Made by a program: the position numbers and the translations under genes
Shown: positions 19,791 through 28,472 of the stretch, one piece after another
How the letters are laid out: every line of letters starts with the position of its first letter
Position numbering within the stretch: position 1 is the first letter of the stretch
The notes under the pieces: model-generated
Database searches by the model: none
Told to the model about the DNA's origin: nothing
Seen by the model: the letters and a program-made list of their open reading frames with translations, nothing else
NCBI GenBank assembly: GCA_043800725.1
Contig: JAZDMR010000034.1
Coordinates: forward strand, 4,374 to 68,373
Direction of reading: 5' to 3'
Origin: a bacterium
GTDB taxonomy: Bacteria > Patescibacteriota > Patescibacteriia > HK-STAS-PATE-3
Length of the DNA: 64,000 nucleotides

Positions 19791-20309
19791 ATGAACAATA
19801 CATCCAGAAAAAAACTTAATATTAACAAGCTTACCCGTGCCCCGAAAAATGAATCAGACAGCTTAGTATCTGTTATGAAAGGGGTTATCGGCAGTGCTAT
19901 TGTTGTTACTGTTTTTGGCTTATTAATAACGGTTTTTCCGCTGACAAAAACCTCGCAGCGTATTCAGACGGCAAAAGTTACAGGCGGTTCAATTTCAGCT
20001 CTTGATGTTTTAAAAGGCAGTGCCGCTTCAAGCGACACCTCGATTATCGGACTTAGCGGCACTATTAAAGATATTGAAAGCGATCAATTTACCTTAACAT
20101 TGGCTAACGGACAAAACGCAAAAATTCAAACTGATTCCAATACTGAAATTCTCCAGGAATTGAAAATATCCGAAACAGTTTCAACAACTCAAAAAGTGCC
20201 TATCGGGCGATCCGACCTGAAAAAAGGCGCTAATGTGGAAATTCTGGCAAAAACAAACGGCGGCAGCTTACTGCAGGGAGTAGCTCAAAAAATATTGGTT
20301 ACTCAATAA
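19791..20309 (+). CDS. Single-pass membrane protein with an OB-fold-like (DUF5666-like) domain
   Basis: TM helix, then SGTIKDIESDQFTL...DSNTEI...SDLKKGANVEI. Confidence 0.55.
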   Translation: MNNTSRKKLNINKLTRAPKNESDSLVSVMKGVIGSAIVVTVFGLLITVFPLTKTSQRIQTAKVTGGSISALDVLKGSAASSDTSIIGLSGTIKDIESDQFTLTLANGQNAKIQTDSNTEILQELKISETVSTTQKVPIGRSDLKKGANVEILAKTNGGSLLQGVAQKILVTQ

Positions 20310-20336
20310 TATTTAATTATTAAACTAAAAAAACTC

Positions 20337-20894
20337 ATGGATACTACGTTATTGGTAATTCTAGGGGTGATAGTCTTAATAGCCTTGTGGTTTTGGACCA
20401 CATATAACGGCTTAATCACTAAGCGAAACCAGGCTGATGAGGCTTGGTCAGATATTGACGTTCAGCTCAAACGGCGCTATAACCTGATTCCAAATTTGGT
20501 GGAAACGGTCAAGGGCTATGCGTCTCATGAACGAGAAACTTTTGAAAAAGTGACTCAGGCTCGCTCACAAGCCATGAACGCGCAGGGCGCCGAAGCCAAG
20601 GCTCAGGCGGAAAATGTCTTGTCCGGCACTTTAAAGTCCTTGTTCGCCCTATCAGAGAACTATCCTCAGCTTCGGGCTTCTGAGAACTTCACTAAGCTGC
20701 AAGACGAGCTTTCGGACACAGAGAATAAGGTCCAGGCCTCAAGGCGCTTCTACAACGGCAATGTCAGGGATTTCAACACCAAGCTGCAGGTCTTCCCCAC
20801 CAATATAATTGCCGGCATGTTCGGCTTCAAGGCCCGCGAGTTTTTCGAAATCGAAGAACCTGGTCAGCGTGAAGCAGTTCAGGTTAAATTTTAA
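20337..20894 (+). CDS. lemA: LemA family protein
   Basis: YNGL...EAWSDIDVQLKRRYNLIPNLVETVKGYASHE; ENYPQLRASENF; RRFYN. Confidence 0.97.
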   Translation: MDTTLLVILGVIVLIALWFWTTYNGLITKRNQADEAWSDIDVQLKRRYNLIPNLVETVKGYASHERETFEKVTQARSQAMNAQGAEAKAQAENVLSGTLKSLFALSENYPQLRASENFTKLQDELSDTENKVQASRRFYNGNVRDFNTKLQVFPTNIIAGMFGFKAREFFEIEEPGQREAVQVKF

Positions 20895-20917
20895 AAGATC
20901 CAGTAAGCAATTCGTGA

Positions 20918-21814
20918 ATGGCCACAACTTATTCTCATATTGCTGCGAATAAAAGAAAGTCGGTAATATTACTGGCTTTCTTTGTTTTGATAATTGCGGC
21001 TTTGGGCTGGCTGGTGGATTACGTCGGCGGTTCGGGGACTAATATCTTGATATTAGCCGTCTTTATCTCATTGATTATGAGCCTGGCGGGCTATTTCCAG
21101 GGAGATAAAATTGCTCTTTGGTCGGCCGGAGCCAAGCCAAGCCAAAAACAGGACAACCCCTACCTTTATCGAATGATTGAAAATTTAGCTATTACCTCCG
21201 GTCTGCCCATGCCTAAAGTTTATTTAATCCCCGACCCCGCGCTAAACGCTTTTGCTACCGGCCGAAACCCCCAGCGAGCTTCAATAGCCGTTACCCAGGG
21301 CTTGGTCGACAATTTAGAGAATGAGGAGCTCGAAGGTGTCTTAGCTCATGAAATGTCCCATATAGGCAACTATGATATTCGTTTTATGATGCTAGTGGCC
21401 GTTTTGGTCGGAATAATTGTGATTTTTTCAGATATTTTTCTCAGAGCTACGCTTTGGGGTGGCATGAGCAATCGCCGCGATCGATCTTCTGTCAGCTCAA
21501 TTTTTGCGGTTATGGGTTTGGTCTTAATCATCCTTTCCCCGATCGTTGCCCAATTTATTAAACTGGCTGCTTCGCGCAAACGTGAATACCTGGCTGATGC
21601 CTCAGGCGCTTTGTTAACTCGCTACCCGGAGGGGCTGGCTACTGCCTTGGAAAAAATCAGCACTTCCCGGCCCATGCTTAAAAAATCAAACGCCACGGCT
21701 CACCTGTACATCTCAAACCCGTTTGGCAGGTCAGCTAAGGGCCTATCTAGGCTTTTTTCAACGCACCCGCCCATTGAAGAACGCATTAAAATATTAAGGC
21801 AAATGTCACACTAG
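20918..21814 (+). CDS. htpX: Zinc metalloprotease HtpX (M48)
   Basis: NAFATG, AHEMSH (HExxH), SRKREYLAD, FSTHPP; adjacent to lemA. Confidence 0.95.
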   Translation: MATTYSHIAANKRKSVILLAFFVLIIAALGWLVDYVGGSGTNILILAVFISLIMSLAGYFQGDKIALWSAGAKPSQKQDNPYLYRMIENLAITSGLPMPKVYLIPDPALNAFATGRNPQRASIAVTQGLVDNLENEELEGVLAHEMSHIGNYDIRFMMLVAVLVGIIVIFSDIFLRATLWGGMSNRRDRSSVSSIFAVMGLVLIILSPIVAQFIKLAASRKREYLADASGALLTRYPEGLATALEKISTSRPMLKKSNATAHLYISNPFGRSAKGLSRLFSTHPPIEERIKILRQMSH

Positions 21815-21816
21815 AT

Positions 21817-22512
21817 ATGACTGAAAACACGGCAAATCTTTATTCTTTTCGTAAGCTGCTCATTCTGGCCTGGAACAGGTATTGGCAATACTTCGGCAGC
21901 CTGGTAAGTGTTTTCTCAATTGTTTTTCTGTTGTCTCTGGGCCTTTATTTTTCAATATACGGAGCCGATGGCTTCAGGGCACTGCTTAATCTGCCTGTTA
22001 CCAATGAGTTCCCTATTTTAAATCAATCAAATTTTCTTAACATTCTGCCTGTTACTCTGGTCGATGCTTTATTCACCTCATTGGGCACGGGACTGATAAT
22101 CTTGATTATCAGCCAGCGCGCAAAAAATCTCCCCGATAGCTTAAATAAAATCCGGCCCCGATTAATGCCTTTTATTTTGGCTTGCTTATTGATGGGCGCA
22201 ATCATCATGGCCGGATTTATAGTCTTAATAATACCCGGATTTATCTTCGGACTGTGGTTTATTTTTACCGAATACTGCGTATTATTGGAGAACAAATCAC
22301 CCGTCTTAGCGCTAAGAGCCAGCCGAGAATTATGCCGAGGTGTTTTCTTTCCGGTTTTCTGGAGAGTTGCTGGATTCTACATTTTATTTTTTATTATTGC
22401 GGGAATAATCAATTCCGTTTCAGTGGCGGGGCCTTTGGCAGTATCGATAATTATGTCACCATTCGCTATAGTGTATCTGTATGAACTCTACCAAAACCTC
22501 AGCCGGAAATAA
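21817..22512 (+). CDS. Multi-pass membrane protein
   Basis: Several TM helices; LIIPG...LLENKSPVLALRASRELCRG motif of a widespread uncharacterised membrane family. Confidence 0.7.
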   Translation: MTENTANLYSFRKLLILAWNRYWQYFGSLVSVFSIVFLLSLGLYFSIYGADGFRALLNLPVTNEFPILNQSNFLNILPVTLVDALFTSLGTGLIILIISQRAKNLPDSLNKIRPRLMPFILACLLMGAIIMAGFIVLIIPGFIFGLWFIFTEYCVLLENKSPVLALRASRELCRGVFFPVFWRVAGFYILFFIIAGIINSVSVAGPLAVSIIMSPFAIVYLYELYQNLSRK

Positions 22513-23329
22513 TCAGCCCGCTCAGCCGGCTGCTGCTCCAGCCAATCCCCATATTGCTCCCACCAGGCTATTTCGTAATTGGTGGCTGGTTGATATTCGA
22601 AAAACTTGGCCGGCCTTGTTAATGATTTCCGTCATAGGCATCGGAGTTAACGCCCTAATCTTCACAGTAGCTTTGGTTTACCTGCCGAATTTATTTGATC
22701 TTTTTTTCGCCAGATCATTGTCTGGCTTATTTCAAGCCGGTCTTAATATCATCGGCAGCCCATGGCTTTGTTTGATATTGATTTTTATTCTAGCAATAGT
22801 TAATGTCTCGCTTATCGGCTGGATTACCGTGGCTCTATATAATAAAATTACTGAACCTGGCTCCGGATCGGGCCAAGCCAAGAATAAATTGCTCAAACTC
22901 TTTTATGTCGCGGCAATCGCCTTGATAATTTTATTGGCTATTAGCGTAATCGGCACAGCCCTGGCTTACGGCTTTAGCCGCTGGTATTTTGGTGTGGTTA
23001 TTCCTTTGCTCTTATTAACGGCTCTGTTGCTTTTAGTCTTCTCGGTTTGGTTTTCTTTTTTGCCATTTATCGTTATCTGGGAAGGAATATCAGGGACTCC
23101 GGCGCTGTCTCTGAGTCGGCAGCGAGCGCGCAAATCAGCAGGCCGAATAATTTTAATAACCCTAGTCACGCTCCTTATTCCTTTTTTCCTTTATTTTGAA
23201 TTAAACGGATTGCCTGTTTGGCTTAAACTTGCCCTTCTCGCCCTAATAATCCCCGTATACGCGTCATTGCTGGCCTCCCTCTATTCTGAGGCACGCAGTC
23301 GTGGTTTAATTATTAATAAAACCAACTAA
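22481..23329 (+). CDS. Multi-pass membrane protein, probable divergent paralog of the upstream gene
   Basis: Multiple TM helices; FLPFIVIWEGISGTPALSLSRQ parallels the neighbour's motif. Confidence 0.65.
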   Translation: MNSTKTSAGNNQPAQPAAAPANPHIAPTRLFRNWWLVDIRKTWPALLMISVIGIGVNALIFTVALVYLPNLFDLFFARSLSGLFQAGLNIIGSPWLCLILIFILAIVNVSLIGWITVALYNKITEPGSGSGQAKNKLLKLFYVAAIALIILLAISVIGTALAYGFSRWYFGVVIPLLLLTALLLLVFSVWFSFLPFIVIWEGISGTPALSLSRQRARKSAGRIILITLVTLLIPFFLYFELNGLPVWLKLALLALIIPVYASLLASLYSEARSRGLIINKTN

Positions 23330-23336
23330 AAAACCA

Positions 23337-23365
23337 TTGACAAATACCGGGTGCTTTGGTATTTT
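23337..23365 (+). promoter_or_regulatory. Possible sigma70 promoter for clpC
   Basis: TTGACA-17 nt-TATTTT with TG extension. The ORF-track TTG start coincides with the -35 box, which favours ATG 23382 as the real start. Confidence 0.5.
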
Positions 23366-23381
23366 TGGTGATACTTTTTCC

Positions 23382-25898
23382 ATGGAAAGCAATAAACCCA
23401 ACATTCTGAATAAATTTACTACCCATCTAAAGAAGACGCTGGAACAAGCTTCTGGTCTGGGTTTTGAATTGCGTCATGCTTTTGTAAATCCTGAGCATAT
23501 TTTATACGGATTATCCGAAAGCCGGGGCGGAATTGCCGCAGAAATACTATCCAAGGCCGGAGTAGATTCGGAAAAATTAAAAACATTCATCATTTCCCGC
23601 AATGAGCCCCTGACCGAGGATATCTCTTTTATCCCTGACCAGCTAAAATTATCCTTGCCGTCCAAAAAAGCCCTTGAAAAAGCCGGTCTGGTAGCTAATG
23701 AATACGCTCATAAATATGTTGGCACGGAACATTTGCTTTTTGGTCTCTTGGAATTAAATGATCCGACTTTGGAGAGATATTTTTCCGAACAGCAAATAAA
23801 GGTTAAAGAGGTTCGTCAGCATTTGATAGTAGTTTTAAAGAGCACTACCAAATTTCCAGACCTGACCGGCTTTTTTGATGTTTCAAAAGACAGCGAGGTG
23901 ATTGAGGAGGGTTTTATTAGCGACAAGGGGGGTAAAAATCCGGCCCTGGATTTCTTTACTAGCGATTTAACTGAGCCAAGCCTGCAAAAAACTATTGATC
24001 CGGTTATCGGTCGAATTAAAGAAATTGACCGGGTTATGCATATTTTATCCCGTAGAACAAAGAATAATCCGGTATTAATCGGTGATCCGGGTGTGGGTAA
24101 GACTGCTATCGTCGAAGGATTAGCAAAAAATATCACCGAGGGCAACGTGCCTGATGCCCTGAGAAATAAGCGCCTGCTTAATTTAGATATGAGCCTTTTG
24201 GTGGCCGGTACCATGTATCGCGGTGAATTTGAAAGCCGCCTGCGTCAAGTTATTGAGGAAATCAAATCCGATCCAAATATCATACTATTTATTGATGAGC
24301 TTCATACCATAGTGGGAACCGGCTCGGCCTCCGGCTCAATGGATGCGGCAAATATTCTCAAGCCGGCCCTGGCTAAAGGACAAATTAGATGTATTGGCGC
24401 TACTACCATTGATGAGTATCGTAAGCATATCGAAGCTGATGCTGCTTTGGAAAGGCGCTTTCAGCCGATTATGGTAGAAGAGCCCAGCCCAGAAGAAACT
24501 TTAACAATTTTAAAGGGAATCAAGCAAAACTATGAGCAGTTCCACCGCGTCTCAATTTCAGATGATGCTCTAGACTCAGCCGTTCAACTGAGCGTCAGGT
24601 ATATCCAAGATAAATTTTTGCCGGATAAAGCAATTGATCTTCTGGATGAAGCTTCTTCAAAACGAAAAATCAATCGTAAAAAAAGCCCTCTGGTAAAGCA
24701 ATATGAACAAATAGAAGAAATCATTTCCGAACTAGTTAGTCAAAAGCAAGCCGCTGTTAAAGAAGAAAACTTTGACCGGGCGATAACGATAAAACAGCAG
24801 GAAATGCTAGCTCGGCGCAAGCAACAAAAAATCAGAGAGAAAATGCTCAAAGAAGAACAGCGATTTGAGGGCACTATCACAGATCAAGATATTGCTGATG
24901 TCGTGGCCCGAACGACCGGAATTCCGGTCGAGGATCTGCTTAAAGAAGAAAAGCAAAAGCTGCTTAAACTGGAACAGTCATTAAACAGCCAAATTATCGG
25001 ACAAAATGAAGCTATTGAAAAAATCGCTAATTTTATCAGGCGCTCCCGGGTAGGCTTAAGCCATCCTAACAAGCCAATTGCTTCTTTTATATTCCTGGGC
25101 CCGTCCGGGGTAGGAAAAACTGAAACTGCAAAAAAAATCGCTGAAACTATTTTTGAGAATTCCAAATCGCTGATTAGAATTGATATGTCGGAATTTAGCG
25201 AAAGTTTCACCTCTTCTAAGCTGATCGGCGCCCCGGCTGGTTACGTGGGCTACAAAGACCAGAATTCTCTGACCGATCTGGTCAAAAGAAAGCCTTACTC
25301 GGTAATATTGTTAGACGAAATTGAAAAAGCTCATCCGGATATTTTTAATATTTTTTTGCAAGTGCTTGACGAAGGACAGCTGACTGACGGAGGCGGCCGG
25401 ACTGTGAATTTTAAAAACACCCTTATAATTATGACTTCCAACGTTGGGGTAGCTGAGCTTAATAATACAGCCAGGATGGGCTTTTCTGCTCCAGACGATT
25501 ACGCCGATAGCAACCTGGAGACCGAATATCAAAGAGTCAAAGAGCAGGTTCTCAAGGATCTGGAAAAAAAATTCCGACCGGAGTTTCTAAACCGTTTGGA
25601 CGAAATAATCGTTTTCCGGCCTCTCACTCAATCAGACGTTATCAAAATCGTCCGTTTGCAGATTGCTGAGCTGCAGGAGCGCCTAAAAGATCAAGAAATA
25701 GCTATCTCTGTCACACCGGCTGCTGAAAAGCTGATTGCCAAACAAGGATTTAAGCCGGAATACGGCGCTCGTGCAGTCCGTCGGGTAATCCAAAGCTCCA
25801 TTGAAAATCCTTTGGCTGGAAAACTGCTTGATAACGCCAATAATCAAGGACGCAAGATTGTAGTTGACGCTGAACAGGATAAAGTTATACTAAAATAA
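23382..25898 (+). CDS. clpC: ATP-dependent Clp protease ATPase subunit ClpC
   Basis: Two Clp-N repeats, GDPGVGKT and GPSGVGKT Walker A motifs, [20 protein letters not shown]-like middle domain, GAPAGYVGY. Confidence 0.93.
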   Translation: MESNKPNILNKFTTHLKKTLEQASGLGFELRHAFVNPEHILYGLSESRGGIAAEILSKAGVDSEKLKTFIISRNEPLTEDISFIPDQLKLSLPSKKALEKAGLVANEYAHKYVGTEHLLFGLLELNDPTLERYFSEQQIKVKEVRQHLIVVLKSTTKFPDLTGFFDVSKDSEVIEEGFISDKGGKNPALDFFTSDLTEPSLQKTIDPVIGRIKEIDRVMHILSRRTKNNPVLIGDPGVGKTAIVEGLAKNITEGNVPDALRNKRLLNLDMSLLVAGTMYRGEFESRLRQVIEEIKSDPNIILFIDELHTIVGTGSASGSMDAANILKPALAKGQIRCIGATTIDEYRKHIEADAALERRFQPIMVEEPSPEETLTILKGIKQNYEQFHRVSISDDALDSAVQLSVRYIQDKFLPDKAIDLLDEASSKRKINRKKSPLVKQYEQIEEIISELVSQKQAAVKEENFDRAITIKQQEMLARRKQQKIREKMLKEEQRFEGTITDQDIADVVARTTGIPVEDLLKEEKQKLLKLEQSLNSQIIGQNEAIEKIANFIRRSRVGLSHPNKPIASFIFLGPSGVGKTETAKKIAETIFENSKSLIRIDMSEFSESFTSSKLIGAPAGYVGYKDQNSLTDLVKRKPYSVILLDEIEKAHPDIFNIFLQVLDEGQLTDGGGRTVNFKNTLIIMTSNVGVAELNNTARMGFSAPDDYADSNLETEYQRVKEQVLKDLEKKFRPEFLNRLDEIIVFRPLTQSDVIKIVRLQIAELQERLKDQEIAISVTPAAEKLIAKQGFKPEYGARAVRRVIQSSIENPLAGKLLDNANNQGRKIVVDAEQDKVILK

Positions 25899-25937
25899 CC
25901 AGATAAAAAGCAAGGTGGCGATCAGTCAGCTTGTTTT

Positions 25938-26642
25938 ATGCATCAATTGAATAATATATCTCAAGCGCTCCTTGATCTGATCTTTCCGATCACCTGCTTG
26001 GGTTGTCAAAAAGAAGGCCCTTGGCTGTGCGCTGACTGCTGCGCTAAGCTGCCCCGAACCAAGAACCAATGTCCTTTTTGCAATCAGCCCAATAATAATT
26101 CACAAACCTGCCCTCGCTGCGCCGCAAAGAATTCTTTATCAGGGGCTCTCTCTTGCTTTGCTTACCAGCATCCTTTGGTCAAATCTTTGATTCATGGCGC
26201 TAAATATCGCTATTGGAAATCCATCCTGCCTCAACTTGCCCAACAAATGGCTAAAAAAGTCGAGCAAAATAATAAAATTATCAACATTAAAAATTCCTGG
26301 GTAATCACCCCGGTTCCTTTACATAGATCCAAACACAAAATAAGGGGGTATAATCAATCACTGTTATTAGCGCAAGGTATTTCTGCTTACTTGGACGCTC
26401 CCCTTTCTAGGGATTTGGTTCGATCAACCAATACTCAAGCACAAGCCAAGCTTGGTAAACAGGCAAGATTTGCCAATGTGAATGGGGTATTTTCATTAAA
26501 ATCGAATATTGATTTTTCAAGCAAATCTGTTATAATCATCGATGATGTGTTCACTACAGGAGCTACCCTGGATTCAGCAGCTCGGATCTGCCAAGAGCAC
26601 GGCGCCAAAAAGGTTTGGGGACTTACTTTTGCCCATGGATAG
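25938..26642 (+). CDS. comF: ComF/ComFC competence protein (zinc ribbon plus PRTase)
   Basis: Four CxxC pairs, PVPLH, RGYNQS, IIDDVFTTGATL. Confidence 0.92.
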   Translation: MHQLNNISQALLDLIFPITCLGCQKEGPWLCADCCAKLPRTKNQCPFCNQPNNNSQTCPRCAAKNSLSGALSCFAYQHPLVKSLIHGAKYRYWKSILPQLAQQMAKKVEQNNKIINIKNSWVITPVPLHRSKHKIRGYNQSLLLAQGISAYLDAPLSRDLVRSTNTQAQAKLGKQARFANVNGVFSLKSNIDFSSKSVIIIDDVFTTGATLDSAARICQEHGAKKVWGLTFAHG

Positions 26643-26643
26643 T

Positions 26644-26667
26644 AATACCAATACCAGGAGAGGTGCG
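26644..26667 (+). repeat. 24-bp direct repeat (second copy 26970-26993) containing the tRNA-Ser(GCT) leader and first 11 nt
   Basis: AATACCAATACCAGGAGAGGTGCG vs AATACTAATACCAGGAGAGGTGCG, one mismatch, 326 bp apart. Confidence 0.9.
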
Positions 26668-26697
26668 TGTCCAGACGGGACATCTCCCGCAGGCATG
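26668..26697. repeat. Degenerate double 15-mer hairpin element
   Basis: TGTCCAGACGGGACA + TCTCCCGCAGGCATG, directly abutting the truncated tRNA 5' copy. Confidence 0.55.
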
Positions 26698-26714
26698 ACT
26701 AAACCAAAACACTC

Positions 26715-26970
26715 ATGTTCTACGTGTACTTTTTAAAAAAAAGTCAGCGGAATGGCGATTTATATATCGGATCTTGCGAGGATTTAACCATTCGCGATAA
26801 AAGGCATAATCTTGGTTTTGTACGGTCCATAAAAACAAATCAAACCTGGAAAACTAGTAGGCTATGAGAAGCATTCTACCTGCGGCGATGCGGTTCAACG
26901 TGAACGCTTTGTGAGCGCTTTCTTAAAACCGGTCAACAAAAAGAACAGGTAAAAAAAAGAGATTTGATAA
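26715..26970 (+). pseudogene. GIY-YIG (UPF0213-like) small endonuclease pseudogene 1
   Basis: MFYVYFLKKSQRNGDLYIGSCEDLTIRDKRHNLGFVRSIKTNQTWK, +1 frameshift in an A run, LVGYEKHSTCGDAVQRERF, 11-nt tandem duplication GTGAACGCTTT/GTGAGCGCTTT, then LKTGQQKEQVKKR. Confidence 0.85.
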
Positions 26971-26982
26971 ATACTAATACCA

Positions 26983-27073
26983 GGAGAGGTGCGCCGAATG
27001 GTAAGGCAGCGGTTTGCTAAACCGTAACGGTCTTTAAAGCCGTTTGTGGGTTCGACTCCCACCCTCTCCGCCA
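26983..27073 (+). tRNA. tRNA-Ser(GCT)
   Basis: Acceptor GGAGAGG/CCTCTCC, anticodon loop TTGCTAA, long variable arm, GTTCGACTC T-loop, G discriminator, encoded CCA. Confidence 0.95.
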
Positions 27074-27192
27074 CACTTCGCAAAAAGCTTCGTATGGCTC
27101 GAAGCTACATAATCCGACATTTAATACAATAAGCTAGGACGACATAAATAGTAAAACGAAGTGTGTAACCCGGAATAAAAGTGAAGGGTTAC
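27072..27192. repeat. Nested inverted repeats between tRNA-Ser(GCT) and GIY-YIG pseudogene 2
   Basis: CACACTTCG (27072-27080)/CGAAGTGTG (27157-27165); AGCTTCG/CGAAGCT (27086-27106); GTAACCC/GGGTTAC (27165-27192). Confidence 0.7.
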
Positions 27193-27196
27193 CAAA

Positions 27197-27439
27197 ATGA
27201 ATAATATGCATACGGTATATTTACTAAAATTATCTAATAATAAAATATACACTTGCTCAACTCCGAATATTCAACGAAGAATACAAGAGAACAATAAAGG
27301 ACTTTCTCAAGCAACTCGAAAATATACTCCCGTAAAACTACTCTGGTATTGAGTCTTCCCTAATAGACTAACTGCTCGTAGATTTGAGCGCTACCTAAAA
27401 ATGGCTCTGGACAAGCATTCCGGACTAAACGTCTAATAA
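27197..27439 (+). pseudogene. GIY-YIG small endonuclease pseudogene 2
   Basis: MNNMHTVYLLKLSNNKIYTCSTPNIQRRIQENNKGLSQATRKYTPVKLLWY*(TGA 27350)VFPNRLTARRFERYLK, 1-nt deletion near 27401, then GSGQAFRTKRLI. Confidence 0.85.
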
Positions 27440-27481
27440 CTCAGAGTTTATTTAATCCTAACACTCAATGATAACATTAAG

Positions 27482-27571
27482 GGTGGGCTGGCTGAGTGGT
27501 CTTCACCGCCAAGCGGGATCCCGCCTTCTATATTATAAATATCCAGCGAGGCGGGAAAAGCGACGGTCTTG
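27482..27571 (+). pseudogene. Disrupted tRNA-Ser 5' half with a hairpin insertion in the D-loop, broken in the anticodon
   Basis: GGTGGGCTGGCTGAGTGGTCT [insert 27503-27556] AAAGCGACGGTCTTG; removing the insert gives a canonical Ser 5' half ending in anticodon loop CTTG. Confidence 0.75.
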
Positions 27572-27685
27572 TCCCGCAGCATGGTGGAGGCGTGACAGAG
27601 TGGACGATTGTACCGGTCTTGAAAACCGGAGTGCCTGAAAGGGCACCGGAGGTTCGAATCCTCCCGCCTCCGCCATGCTGCGGGA
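27572..27685. repeat. 13-bp perfect inverted repeats enclosing tRNA-Ser(TGA)
   Basis: TCCCGCAGCATGG (27572-27584) / CCATGCTGCGGGA (27673-27685). Confidence 0.92.
27586..27675 (+). tRNA. tRNA-Ser(TGA)
   Basis: Acceptor GGAGGCG/CGCCTCC, anticodon arm CCGGT-CTTGAAA-ACCGG, variable arm GTGCCTGAAAGGGCAC, GTTCGAATC, G discriminator plus CCA. Confidence 0.95.
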
Positions 27686-27703
27686 GAATCCACCCTCTCC
27701 GCC
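27686..27703 (+). pseudogene. Orphan tRNA-Ser 3' fragment
   Basis: GAATCCACCCTCTCCGCC; the last 14 nt are identical to the tRNA-Ser(GCT) 3' end (27059-27072). Confidence 0.7.
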
Positions 27704-27766
27704 TTCTTACGGAATAATGATGCTTCTCCCATCGCCAATTAAATAATTTTTTAACGAAATAAACAT

Positions 27767-28258
27767 ATGCCCGAAGAAAACAACGATTTCGGAAAAGTGC
27801 TAATGTCCTGGGAATTCCCCTCGCACATCAAACAAAAAAGAAATCGACGCTGGTACACTATTGCCGGAATAATCGGTGGATTAAGCTTTGCTTTCGCGGT
27901 AATCACCCTGAACTTTCTGTTTGCTTTCATCCTGATCATGATCGTACTTATTATGGTTATGCAGAATCGACAAGAACCGAGTAAGATTATCTGCAACATT
28001 ACCGAGGATGGCATAAAGATGGCTGATGATTTTTTTAAGTATGATGATCTGAAGGAGTTTTGGATTGCCTATAAACCGCCTGAGGTGAAAAAATTGTATC
28101 TTATCTTTAGAAGCTCGCTGAGACCCATGCTAATCATCCCGCTTGAGGAACAGAATCCTTTAAAAATACGCAAAGTTTTACTGGTTTATTTGGATGAAAA
28201 CTTGTCTCAAGAAGATGAAACAACCACTGAAGCCCTGGGTCGTTTACTTAAATTCTAA
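27767..28258 (+). CDS. Conserved hypothetical protein, two TM helices plus a PH-like domain
   Basis: SWEFP...RNRRWY, TM hairpin, ITEDGIK...FKYDDLKEFWI. Confidence 0.7.
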   Translation: MPEENNDFGKVLMSWEFPSHIKQKRNRRWYTIAGIIGGLSFAFAVITLNFLFAFILIMIVLIMVMQNRQEPSKIICNITEDGIKMADDFFKYDDLKEFWIAYKPPEVKKLYLIFRSSLRPMLIIPLEEQNPLKIRKVLLVYLDENLSQEDETTTEALGRLLKF

Positions 28259-28271
28259 TTTTAAAGATACC

Positions 28272-28338
28272 AGCGCCAAAGGTGGATCAGCCTATAGCTG
28301 AGGATAGAGCACAGGCTTGCTCTCGCCTTTCGGCGGTA
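28272..28338 (+). pseudogene. tRNA-Arg fragment flanked by hairpin elements
   Basis: Double 15-mer AGCGCCAAAGGTGGA-TCAGCCTATAGCTGA (28272-28301), then GGATAGAGCACAGGCTTGC (28302-28320; 18/19 identical to 28384-28402), then TCTCGCCTTTCGGCGGTA. Confidence 0.75.
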
Positions 28339-28366
28339 TAAACTCCGCCTTTAACATTCATGATAT

Positions 28367-28443
28367 GCGCCCGTAGCTCAGTTGGATAGAGCGCAGGCTT
28401 GCGGAGCCTGAGGTCGTAGGTTCGATCCCTGCCGGGCGCACCA
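28367..28443 (+). tRNA. tRNA-Arg(GCG)
   Basis: GCGCCCG/CGGGCGC acceptor, CAGGC-TTGCGGA-GCCTG anticodon arm, GTTCGATCC, ACCA end. Confidence 0.95.
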
Positions 28444-28472
28444 GAAATATTTAAATCAAACAATAATTTCAC

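Noticed and set aside
27350-27352. In-frame TGA as evidence of genetic code 25 or readthrough
   Set aside because: TGA terminates several real genes here (ATGA overlaps), and the same relic also has a frameshift
27482-27703. Intron-containing or permuted tRNA
   Set aside because: No group I core is visible, the outer halves lack the 3' anticodon and variable arms, and their acceptor strands pair poorly
26644-27703. Prophage or ICE att sites
   Set aside because: tRNA-end duplications exist, but no integrase or phage genes are present and the enclosed DNA is under 1 kb
26895-28472. ORFs 26895-27083, 27448-27738, 27496-27717 and 28287-28472
   Set aside because: They are translations of tRNA genes or their complements
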